The notes under the pieces: generated by a model
Databases searched by the model: none
Told to the model about the DNA's origin: nothing
Seen by the model: only the letters and a program-made list of their open reading frames with translations
Source of the DNA: Anaerolineae bacterium
Lineage (GTDB): Bacteria > Chloroflexota > Anaerolineae > B4-G1 > DUEL01
Assembly (NCBI GenBank): GCA_016926575.1
Contig: JAFGOJ010000454.1
Span: 1 to 42,868, forward strand
Direction: 5' to 3'
Length of the DNA: 42,868 nt
Shown here: in pieces, positions 16,501-28,500 of the stretch
Layout: the number at the start of each line of letters is the position of its first letter
How positions within the stretch are numbered: position 1 is the stretch's first letter
Translations under genes and position numbers: made by a program

Positions 16501-19500
16501 TGCGGGTAACCTATTACGGCACCAACTATTTCCCGCACCAGGGTTATCTTGCCAACATCGCCGCGCAGTACAGCAAGGACGCCCTGGCCCGCTTCCTGGT
16601 CGGCGGCCAACCGACGACGGATGCACCCACCCTGCTGTTCGCGCGCGAGGAGTATTTCCGCAGCGCCAATCTGGACGCCGTGCCGCACACGAATGGGGCT
16701 GCCCAGGCGACAGTTGAACTGAAGCCGGAGGAGTACGCGGTGGAGACGGTGGCGACCGTCCAATGGGCGCCCTACCGCTATCGGAATGGCCAGTGGCAGG
16801 CCTACCCCATCGCCGAGTACATGGACGTGCTCGACCTGCGCATCGGCGATCTGTTCAAGGGCGTTCCCGATTTCTACGATCCGAACGACCTTGAGAACAG
16901 CGAGCTGGCGCTGGACGGCGCGGTCATGGCCGCACAGTCCAGTTACCTCGCCTTCTACAACGGCGTCTCCAACATCGTCCAGCGCGGCGCGATCGCCTAT
17001 GCGCAGGCGGACTTTGTGTGGACCGACCGGCAACTCCTCGACTGGACGTACCTCACGGCGCGCAAGGGCCTGATCATCGGCACCAACGCCGTCACAGTGG
17101 GCGTCGTCGAGACGCTCATCAACAAGATCGTGGACAAACTTGCGGCGAAGGCCATCGAACAGAACGTCCTGGCACTGTTCCAACAGGCGTTCCCAACGTT
17201 GGACTTTGCACAGAAAGCCGCCGAGATCGGGAAATGGGCTCAGTTCAAGGAGTTTGTCGGCGGTTTGTCGTGGGCGGGCTTCAAGAGCAGCGTCAGCGGC
17301 TTTGTATCGGACAAATGGGGCATGGTGACGGCGAAGCTGAAGGATCTGTTCGCGTGGGCCAGGGGCAGCCCGGGATGGGCATTGGCGGGTGCGGTCCTGG
17401 CGCTCACGACGATCGTCGCGGTTGCCGCTCTGGCCGGCGCTGGAAAATGGGACGTCGCGATCTCGGTGGGAGTCCTGGGGCTGAGCATGTTCTCACTGGG
17501 CAAGGCCATCTACAACCTGGTGACGTATGGCGCCTCCGAAGGGATCCAGGTCGTGACGCAAACCGTCAAGATCTTTGGCACAGTCACGAGCACGGCCAAC
17601 GTTGCCGGCGTCATCGGCCTGATCATCGCGGCAGTGGCGGCGATCGGGTTCTTCGTCTACGCCTGGGCCTCCAGCGGTGTGGGTATCTTTAGCCTGGCCT
17701 TCAACGCCATGCTGGCCCAGACGATTGCCCAGATCGTCGTGGCGGTCATCATGTTCGCCATCGCCGCGATTCCCGTCGTCGGACAATTGATCGTGGCGAT
17801 CATCGCCGTGATTGATTCCCTGATTGCCCTGATCTGCACCGCCATCGGAGAAGAGGCGCGCACCAACGTCGCCGGGCAGTGGCTCTGCCGCGGACTTACC
17901 GGCGTGGCGACGGAACTCATCCGCAACGTCATCTACGACGCGCACGACCTGGTGGACCTGCGCAACCCCGACCGGCTGCAATTCTTCAACTTCGATCAGC
18001 AAGTCTCCGAATCCCAGGGCGTATCCGAAGGCAGCACCGTCCGCTACAGCACCTCCGTCACCACCACCATCCAACTGGCGCACGTGTTCCCCGACTGGGA
18101 AGAGATGCTCGAGGGCTGGAGGAGCGGCACGCGCCTGATCCCCATCGATTGGAAATCCCTGTCCTACGCCTACCAGTTCAACAACGATGACCTGCGGACA
18201 GCCCACTACACCTACAACCTCCAAACCGTGCAGGCGAACACCCACGAAACCCTGTCCCGCTACAGCGAAGACGAGGGGGCCCTGGTATGGCAACAGACGC
18301 AGAGCGATTTCGGCTACATGGAAATCGTGCCCTTCCTTGCCGTCAACTCCACCAGTACCTACGACACGCTCGACGAAACCGGCATCAACCGCCCTGTATC
18401 GCTCTACCTGGCGGAAGGATACAACGTGCCCCTCCAGGAGTGCTTCGTAGTACCTGATCCGCCCGGCTGCATCATTGCCCCGTACGTTCCCTTCCTCTGC
18501 TTGGTCCCGGTTTGCCACATCCGGGACAATGCCGCCACCAGCCACATAGACCTGGGCCAAAGAATGTACCTCGACGTCTTCCCGGAGAACCTGAGCCAGT
18601 TCTACGACCTGGCCCCCAAAGATGGGGGCTATGCGCTGGCCTGGGGTCAGACCGGCGATGTGACCTTCCCGCGGCAGCGGGACGCCGACGGCGACGGGCT
18701 GCTCACCGTGGCACTGGGCGGCTCCGACCCCGACGACAGCAAGTGGGACTCGGACGGCGATGGCCTGGGCGACTATTTCGAGTACACCGTCGGCAGCGAC
18801 CCCACCCAGCCCGACGGCGACGGCGACGGACTGACCGACCAGGTCGAGTTCCGCCTGAGCACCGACCCCTACCGCGCCGACAGCGACGGTGACGGACTGA
18901 CGGACGCCGAGGAAGCGCGCGGCTGGGAGTTCGTGTACGACCTCACCACCGGCGGCCAGCTGCGCACCCGCGTCACCTCCGACCCCTTGACCCCAGACGC
19001 CGACGGCGACGGACTGACCGACTTTCAGGAAAAGACCTATGGATTCAACCCCCGCGTCCCGGAAAGCGACACCGTGCTGACGCTGGATTCGCGGGTGTAC
19101 GAAACGAGTGCCCCCCACCTGCTGCTGCGCTTCGAGGAGGATGCCGGGGCCGCTGCCTTTGGCGATTCGTCCGGCTACGGAAACGTCGCCGCCTGCGACG
19201 GGGACGGCTGTCCCACCGTCGTGGAAGGCAGATATGGCAACGCCCTCCAGTTCGACGGCGCCGACGATTGGGTGGAAGGGCCGGAGATGGACATCCCCGA
19301 CGACTTTACCCTTGCCCTGTGGGTCAACCCCGACCGGACGAGTGACGGCCAGACTTTCATCGGCAAGCACACGGCGGGAGGTGCCAATCTCATCGTGTTC
19401 GGCTTCTCGACCGGCGGCTATTCCTTCAACATCAGGGGCGCCTCCTACGCCGCGGGAACCAAGACGACCGGCTGGCAGCACCTGGCCGTCGTCGGGCACA

Positions 19501-22500
19501 GGACCGGCGCCTCAACGACTGAGGTGACAGTGTATAGGAACGGCGACCTGCTGTGGCAGCACACGCTCAGCTCCGTGGCGGGCGACGTCTCCGGCAAGCC
19601 CTGGGCGATCGGCCAGGAGTGGGATCCCGGCGGCCCAAGCGATTTCTTCGACGGCGCGATTGACGAGGTTGCCGTCTTTGACCGCGCCCTCTCGGAGACC
19701 GAGATCGAGGCCCTGATGAGGGCGCAGTACAACCCCAGCGACCTGTTCGTCCGGCCCGACGATCTCTTGCGCTACGAGGCGGCGATCAAGAACGAGCTGC
19801 TCGGCCGCCAGGCCCAGGGGCTGCTGACCACCGACTTTCCACCCACGACGCTCACCGGCAGCACTGTCAACCCGGTGTCGTTCATGTTGCAGCCACAGGA
19901 GACCGCCGTGATGTCCGGCAGCGTGCAGGTGAACTCTGCCGTGGCCTCTGGCACCGCCATCAGCCTGACCCAGGTGGCCGGGGCCGTCATCCTGGACTGG
20001 CGCGAGCAGTCGGGCTTTGCCGAGATGTGGCTGCCGCTGAACGAGATCAGCACGACGACCACGTTCCAGGACTATTCCGGGAACGTGCCTCAGCGCAACG
20101 GCAGATGCTCCGGCGCCCACTGTCCGGCGCGCGAGCAGCCTGGCTACTTTGACTACGGCCTGCGCCTCGACGGAATCAATGACTATGTGGTCTTGAGCGA
20201 CACCATGACGCTGGGCCTCAAGGACAGCAGTTTCACCGTCTCCGCCTGGGTTAACGGCGCCGCGTTCTCCAGCAACGATCAGGCCATCATGGGCACGGAT
20301 ACGCAGAGCACCAACCAGGGGCTGCACCTGGTCGTCCGCAACGGCAAGCCGTACATGGGCTTTTACGGGAACGACCTCGACAGCGGCTTTACGCTCTCGG
20401 ACGGCCGCTGGTACCACGTCGTCTTCCGCTACACCCAGAGCACCGGCGAGCAGGCCATCTTTGTCAACGGCGAGCCCAGGAACTGGCGCACCGGCGCGGC
20501 TGCGTTCCAGGGCAGCGGTACAGTCTACCTGGGCCGTGCGCTGGGCGGCAACTATTTCAATGGCTGGATGGACGACGTGCGTGTCTTCCAGCGCGCGCTC
20601 ACACGGGACGAGATCCGCGCCCTCTACGGCCAGCCCGTCCTGAGATTTGGCTTCGAGCCAAGCGTATACAATGTATACCTCGACGAGTCCGGCTTCGGCA
20701 ACTTTGCCGCCGGCGCCACCTGCCCGTCCTCCCAGCAGAACGGGATCAGCGGTGGGGCGCTAGAGTTCAGCGGGATGCAGCAGTGCTCCATGTTCATGAG
20801 CGAAAGCCTGAACCTGTGGGACAGCGCGTTCACGCTTTCGATCTGGCTTTACCCTAGGACCACCGGTTCCAGCACGTACGACGACTATACCCAGGGCATC
20901 TTTGGCAACTACTGGAGCTACCGCGACACTGCCGCCAACAACACCGACGCGGCCGCGCAGAGTTATCCCACCCTGTTCCGGGTGGGGCGCCGCTTGCGCT
21001 TCGGCTTTGGCGACGGCACGACCTGGCGGCACTGGGATACCGGCGATGTCCTCACCCTCAACAAGTGGAACCACGTAGTCGTGGCCTTTGGCCCCATTTA
21101 CGACCAGGACGGCAACTTCCTGGAGAACCGTATTACCTTCTACGTTGACGGCACGCCTGTGAAGAGCGAGGGGGTGGGAAGCGCCGCCCCACGCTACTCC
21201 TGGCTCTACAACTTTCTCATCTCCATCGGCCAGGTCAGCAGTATGGCCAGGCTCTACGTAGACAACATCTGGGTGGACGACGAGAAAGACGGCAGCGGGT
21301 CAGCAGAGCTGTGTCTGGCCTGGGACGAGCAGGAGATATACAACCAGGGAGACATAGGCGACGACAATGGCGATGGCAAGTCGTATTCCGTGAGCCACGA
21401 AGAGGTGTTCATCAACAGCGGCACACTCAGGATGTGGGAGGACGATCGCGACCACTCCAGCCGCGGCACCCGCTGCGGTGCCAGGCCTGACGACGACGAC
21501 GACCCGCTCGACGGCGGCACGCGCGATAGCGGCGGTTGGTCCTTCGACATCTACTACCCTGGCTTGGGACGGAGTGGCTACTCCTTCTCTGGCGACACCG
21601 AAGGCACGCTGTACCTGAGCAAGGACAACCCCTCCATCCCCTTCCATGGCCGCATAGACGAACTGACCCTGTACAAGCGCGCGCTTTCGGCCGAGGAGGT
21701 GCAGGAACTGTACCTCTCCGTTTCCGCTGCCCTGCGCCTGCGCCTGGACGATCCGCCCGGCAGCGACACTTTCGAGAACTCGCTGGATCTGAGCCGGCAG
21801 AGCGACGCCTACTGCTCGGGCAGCAGATGCCCCACCGCCGGCGTCAACGGGCGCGACCTCCAGGCCACCTTGTTCGACGGGAACGATGTGCTCAACACCA
21901 ACCTGACCGTAGACCAGTCCAGCAGTTCTGCCGGCGTGACCATGATGGCCTGGGTCTACCCCACGAGCACCAGCAGCGGGGTGCACCACGTGATCAGCAC
22001 CTACGCGGGAGGCGACTATCTGTGGTCCCTGCTGAGGAATGGCGACAAGTGGGCCTTCAACACCGGCATCGGCGTTCAGACGACCCTCGCTTCCGTCGAC
22101 GTGGGCCGCTGGCAACACATCGCTGTCGTCTACGACCCTGCCCACGGAACGACCAGCTTCTACAAGGACGGCGTACGCGAGTTCCAGAGTGTATATGGCA
22201 TGGCCTACCACAGCACCAGCAACACCGTCGCCATCGGCGGCAGGTCCGGCGGTGGCCTGTACTTTGATGGCCGCATAGACGACGTGCGCATCTTCAAACT
22301 GCCGCTCTCCGCCGCAGACGTCGCCAGCATCTACCGGGCTGCGCCCATCCTCCAAATGCACTTTGACGACGACCCGGCAAACACGACGCAGTTCAGAGAC
22401 AGTTCCGGCAACGGCCTCAACGGCACCTGTTCCCGGCTCCCCGGCTATTATGACCGCTGCCCCAAGGTTGGGGAGGGCATTCAGGGACAGGTTGGCCTGG

Positions 22501-25500
22501 CGGCCGACTTTGACGGCGTGGACGACTATTTCACCGTTCCTGACGACGATCGGTTGGACCTGGATGCCTTCAGTGTTGGCCTGTGGATCATGCCCACGGC
22601 GAACTTGACGCGCACGCAGATTCTGCTCAGGAAGGGTGAATATGACGACATCAACTTTGAGCTGCACGTCGAAGGGGGTACCCTGAAACCGATCGTGAGT
22701 TTTCACGACTGCGCGGGTTGGGGTGCTTACAGAGAGCTCGCGAGCAGCACGCCCTTGATAGTGGGCCAGTGGAATCATGTGCTGGGCACGTACGACGGGC
22801 AGGAACTCGTGATCTATGTCAACGGCTACGAACAGGGCCGAACGCGCCTGGCCGCGACGCCGTGCCACAATGACGCCACGTTGTTCGTCGGGATGGGCGC
22901 CTTACCGCCTGCTGCTCGCATAGACGAACTGACCATCTACGATCACGCACTGGGACCCTACGAAGTGCGCGATATCTTCCTGTACCAGGGTCGCTGGGTG
23001 GAGGATCGCCAGAGCCACACCATCGTCGTGGACGACGAATACCCCGTCTCCGCGCTGCTCTCATACGCCCCCACGCAGCCCTACCGGGCCAATCAGTACG
23101 TGGGGATGCACGTCGAGGCGCACGATGCCACCTCCGGCGTCAGTCTGGTCGAACTGGGCGTAAAACCCAGTGGCCAGGCCGCCTACACCTGGACTGCAGC
23201 GCCGCCCTGCCAGCAAACTGCCAATGGCATCGCCTGGTGCCCTGCCTTCGATCCCACGCAATTGGGCGGCGAGGGTGTCTACACGCTACAGACCCGCGCC
23301 ATCGACCGGGTCGGCCACCGCGAAACGCCCGCCCAGGAGTATGTCGTCTACGTGGACGGCACGCCGCCGACGATCGCTTCTGCGCTGGCGAGCGGCACGG
23401 TGGTCGGCGCCTCGCCGCACCCCAGCCGGCCCGGCGCCTGGCGTGTACCTCTGCGCGGCACGGTCAGCGATCCAATCATTGCAACGGGCGTGCCGGGCAG
23501 CGGCGTGCGGCCCGATAGCGTCTGGGTGACACTGCTCACGCCTGCCGGCGCGCCCGCCGGAGAGGGGCCGCAGCTGGCCGCGCTCAACGGCGTGACGTGG
23601 ACAGTGGCCTACGACTTTGGAACCAGAGAGCCTACCGGCGTCTACACGCTCCATGTCGAGGCCGCCGACCGCGCGCCGACCGCCGATACGTTGGGTAACC
23701 GGCGGGCCGTGGACCTGGGCACCATCGTCGTGGACGCCGTTGCCCCCAGCGCCGGGTTGAGTGTGCAGGACGTGCCCACCACGGCGGTCACGTCCATGCT
23801 GCCGTTCAGCGGCACCGTCGTAGAACTGCCCGCCCTCGATCACACCGTCCTGCGCCTGCACCTGGACGAGGTGTCCGGCGCCAGCACCTTCTACGATGCC
23901 TCCGGTTATGGGCACAACGCGACCTGCGAGGCCTCCTGGAGTGTCTGCCCTGCCATGACGGATGGCGTGTATGGCCACGCTCTCCAATTCGACGGGCAGG
24001 ACGATTGGATCGAGACTCGCCAGAGCCCCTTCCTCGATCTCAGCGGCGGCAGTTTCAGCGAGGCCTTCTGGGTCTACCCCACGCTCCAGGACGATTATGA
24101 GCACGGTGTCCTGGGCTGGGAGAGCATCGTGGCGGACCGGTATAACTACCCCAGCGTGTGGGTGGTCCAGCGTACCAAGATCCATGCTGGCTTTGGCGAT
24201 GGCGTGAACTGGAACACCATCACCACGGACGACATCCTGACCCCCAATGCCTGGAACCACGTCGCCGTCACCTTTGACGGCAAGAGTTACAAGGTGTACG
24301 TCAACGGCGCAGAGCGCTTCTCGACTGATGATTACGCCGGGAGGAAACCGTACGCGGAAACGCGGGTTATGATCGGCAGCGCAGGCGCCAGCCGGTACTT
24401 GAGGGGTACGCTCGACGAGGTGATCATCCTCAGCCGTGCGCTCCTGCCGGGCGAAGTGCGCACGCTGGCCCAGTCCCAGGTGGTCGGCGTGAGCGCGGTG
24501 CAGGTTGCCTTCACGCCGAACCTGTACGCCTGGCCCTTCTACAACGAGCAGACCCCCGCAGGTCAGGCGCTCCACCTGCCCTTCGAGGACGCGCCAGACG
24601 AGAACGGCTCCCTCACCTTCTATGACATCTCAGGGAACGGACATCACGGCCAGTGCGGCGCCAGGTGCCCTGCCACCGGTCAGAGCGGCCACGACGGAAA
24701 CGCCGCCGGTTTCGACGGCAGCGACGATTTCGTCGGCATCTCTGGATTCGGCAGTTTCACCACCACCACTGTCTCGGCATGGGTCTATCGCACTGGGGAG
24801 AACTCGACGCGCGAGACCATCGTGTCGTACAAGACGCACGGTGGCTGCGGCTTTACGCTTGCCCTGAACGAGACCAATCTCTCTTTGCCCAAGTCGAATC
24901 CCCTGCGGTTCAATAACCAGTACCCACGCTTATACGTCAACGTCGGCGGCACCTGGGTATCTGCCGAGCAGCAGCTGCCTATTCCGCAGAACCAATGGGT
25001 GCACCTGGCCGGCACCTACGATGGTCAGACCATCCGCCTCTACCGCGACGGCCAGGAGGTTGCCAGTACCCCGGCTCCCGGCGGTATGACACAATGCACA
25101 GCGGACGTCGCCGTAGGCAGCCGCTCTTCACAGGACATGCACTACTTCCCCGGCAGCCTAGACGAGGTGCGCATCTTTGAGCGCGCACTGTCGCCTGCCG
25201 AGATCCGCTCGCTCTACCTGGGCGCGGGGCCAGTGCTGGCACTGCCACTGGACCAGGCGTGGATCACCGATGGCTCCGTTCTCCCCGACATCTCCGGCTG
25301 GCAGCACGACGGCACATTGCACGCCGCCGGCACTTCCAGCAACCTGGCTGTGGCGGGCCAGGTCGGCCCGTATGCCCTGAACCTGGAGGGCGGCAACTAC
25401 TACGTCGCCGTGCCCGATAGTGCCGCATTCGACCTATCCACCTTCAGCGTCGGCGCCTGGGTCATGCCCTACTGGACGAGCTCACAGCCGCAGCCGTTGG

Positions 25501-28500
25501 TGGTCAAGCGCGGCGCGAGCGCCGCGCAGCAGAACTATGGGCTGTACCTGTACTATACGAACCTGTATAATGGAAACTCGGGCCACCTGCGCTTCTCCTT
25601 TGGAGACTGTGCGGCGACCCGCGAATTCAACAGCACCGCCACCCTGAACTGGCGGCAGTGGAACCACGTGATGATGACCTACGACGGCGCTCACTTCAAG
25701 GTGTACATCAACGGCGCCCTGGATCGCAGCGTGGACGTCGCCGCGACGCCGTGCCAGAACGCGGAGCCAGTCAGGATCGGCGGTGGGGTGCCGACAGGCT
25801 CGCTCCTGCCGTTCGCCGGCCGCGTGGACGAAGTGCGCGTCTACCCACGCGCGCTTTCGGCTACCGAGGTCGCGGCGCTCAACGAGAACCGCTGGCGCGC
25901 AGCCAGCCTGAGCGCGTCGGGGGCCGGTGCGGAGCAGGCGACCTGGACCGCCCAGGTGCCCGCCGGGCTGGAGGGCGACTACCGCGTAGACCTGCGCGGC
26001 CAGGACACGGCCAACCACACCGACAACTCCGGCAGCAGCCTGGGCGTGTGGGCGCCCACTGTGGATACGCTGGCCCCGCGCGTGACGCTGACCCGCACGC
26101 TGGTAAGTGGCGCGTACCATTACCGCATGGTGGCCGAGGACTATAACCTGACCGACGAGGGTCTGCACGCTCCCTGCGACGTGGGCGTGATCGTCACCAG
26201 CCAATACTTCCAATCCCCCTGGTACCTGGCGCTCTCCGCGCAGACGCAAGAGCGCAACCAGCGGCTCTACCAGTTGGCTGCCGAGTGCGAGGTGCCTGCC
26301 TGGATGATGCCTGGCCTGGTGGGCAGTTACGATACGCCCGGCCTTGCTTCCGGCATCGCCCTCTCCGGCACCACCGCCTATGTGGCCGACGGCGAGGCTG
26401 GCCTGCAGATCCTGGACATTTCCAACCCGGCGATCCCGCGCCTGGTGGCGACTTTCGACACGCCAGACACCGCCCTCGCCGTGACCCTGCCGCGCGTGGG
26501 ACAGGGTCAGGCTGCTCCCGGCGCCGAGGCCAGCACACCTAGGGGCGCCGCGGATTCCATTCCGCGCTACACAGAGCGCAGCTACCTGGCCCGCGAGCAA
26601 GACACCGGCGTGGATGCTGCCCTGCGCCCGTCTGAGGCGCCCTCACCGTATGAGCCCCGCGAGGCGCCGCTGGCGTCCGATATCGTCCCGATCCACGCGG
26701 CGGCATCTTCTGCGCGGCCCGGCAGCACATCCCCCTCGAAGGTTGACCGCTCCGCCGTCCAGCAGGGCGGCGACCCCGACCTGATGGTCGAGAGCATCGT
26801 CGCAGAGCCGGCTGCGGTTGGCCTCAATGAGCCGTTCACCGTCACCGTGGTGGTCAAGAACCAGGGCCCAGACGACGCGGGCGGCAACTTTCACACCGGC
26901 ATCTACGCTGACTTTGACCCGGCAGGACAATGCGACTGCTGCATCCACAGCTGGGCCTGCACCAGCGTCGTCTCCCTGACCGCCGGCCTCACCGCCACCC
27001 TGACATTCACCCACACCGGCTTCTCCCGCCCGGGGTATCATCGCATCTACGCCCAGACCGATTCCTACTGCGCCTACCTGGACAGCAACTGGGACAACAA
27101 CACCTCCGCCCCCATCACCGTCACGGTGCGCTTCTTCACCGTGACCATGACGAGCCCGGCGGGCAATGGCCTGGAAATCGCACGCGACGGCGTCATCTCG
27201 GCCACGTTCAGCCAGGTCGTGAGCGGCACCACCTTCAGCACACGCACCTTCACCGTGCGCGGCAATCAGACGGGCGTGTACACCGGCGTGGGACAGGCTG
27301 TCAGTTGGTCCTACATCTTCGATGCGGCGCGCGACTTTATGCCGGGCGAGACGCTGGTCGTCAACCTGAGCGACGGCATCCTGGCGGACGACGCTACCCC
27401 GCTCCTGCCCTACGCCTGGCAGTTCCGCAGCGCCGTAGACGGCGGCACAGGCGCCTTCCAGGACAGCGGCCAGAGCCTGGGCAGCGCCGGCTCCTACGGC
27501 ATCGTGCTGGGCGACGTGGACGGCGACGGCGACCTCGACGCGCTCACCCGATACGCCGCCGACCCGGTCAGGGTCTGGCAGAACGACGGCAGCGGTGTCT
27601 TTACCGACACCGGCCAGAGCGTCGCCAGTTCCAACGTCGCCGACTTCGCCCTGGGCGACCTCGACGGCGACGGCGACCTGGACATCTTTATCGGCGAAGG
27701 CTATGCCCAACCCAAGCGCGTCTGGCTGAACGATGGGACAGGCGTCTTTACCGACAGCCTCCAGTACCTGAGCGGCGTCGAGGAGACGCTGGCCGTGGCG
27801 CTGGGCGATCTCGACGGCGATGGCGACCTGGACGCCTTTGCCGGAAATCGCGGGCTTGGGCCCTATGACGCCAACCAGGTCTGGCTGAACGACGGCGCGG
27901 GCGTCTTTAGCCTCGGCCAGAACGTGGGCGCGGAACCCACCCTCGACGTGGCGTTGGGGGACGTGGACGGCGACGGCGACCTGGACGCTCTTGTGGGCAA
28001 CGAAAGCCTGTCCAACACCGTCTGGCTGAACGACGGGCTGGGGAATTTCAGCGACAGCGGCCAGGCCCTGGGCAGCGGCGACGTCGCCGTCTACGTGGCG
28101 CTGGACGACCTCGACGGCGACGGCGATCTGGATGCCTTCACCGCCGGCTACATGCTGCAATCCGGCCGTGTCTGGCTGAACGATGGTTCCGGCGTCTTTG
28201 CCGACAGCCTGCAAAGCCTGCCCAGCCCAGGTTCTCTGCCCGTGGAATTGGGTGACCTGGATGGCGACCACGATCTGGACGTAACCCTCGACGGCGGCGA
28301 CATCTGGTTGAACGATAGCACGGGCATCTTTACCGATAGCCTCCAGTCCATCGGCCTTGGCTGGCCAGACGGCGCCCTGGCGTTGGGGGACGTGGATGGC
28401 GACGGCGACCTGGATGTCCTGCTTGGGCAGGACTCGCCGGATGGCGAGATGTTCGTGGATGCCGTCACGCTCTGGCTCAACACCCGCCTGGCCCACGACG

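Noticed and set aside
27480-28440. Regular ~150-nt periodicity of ggcgacgtggacggcgacggcgacctggac-like sequences, which superficially resembles repeat-spacer structure.
   Set aside because: These are the coding DGDGDLD motifs of the seven FG-GAP blades within an intact reading frame. The repeats are imperfect at the DNA level, and no cas genes are present.
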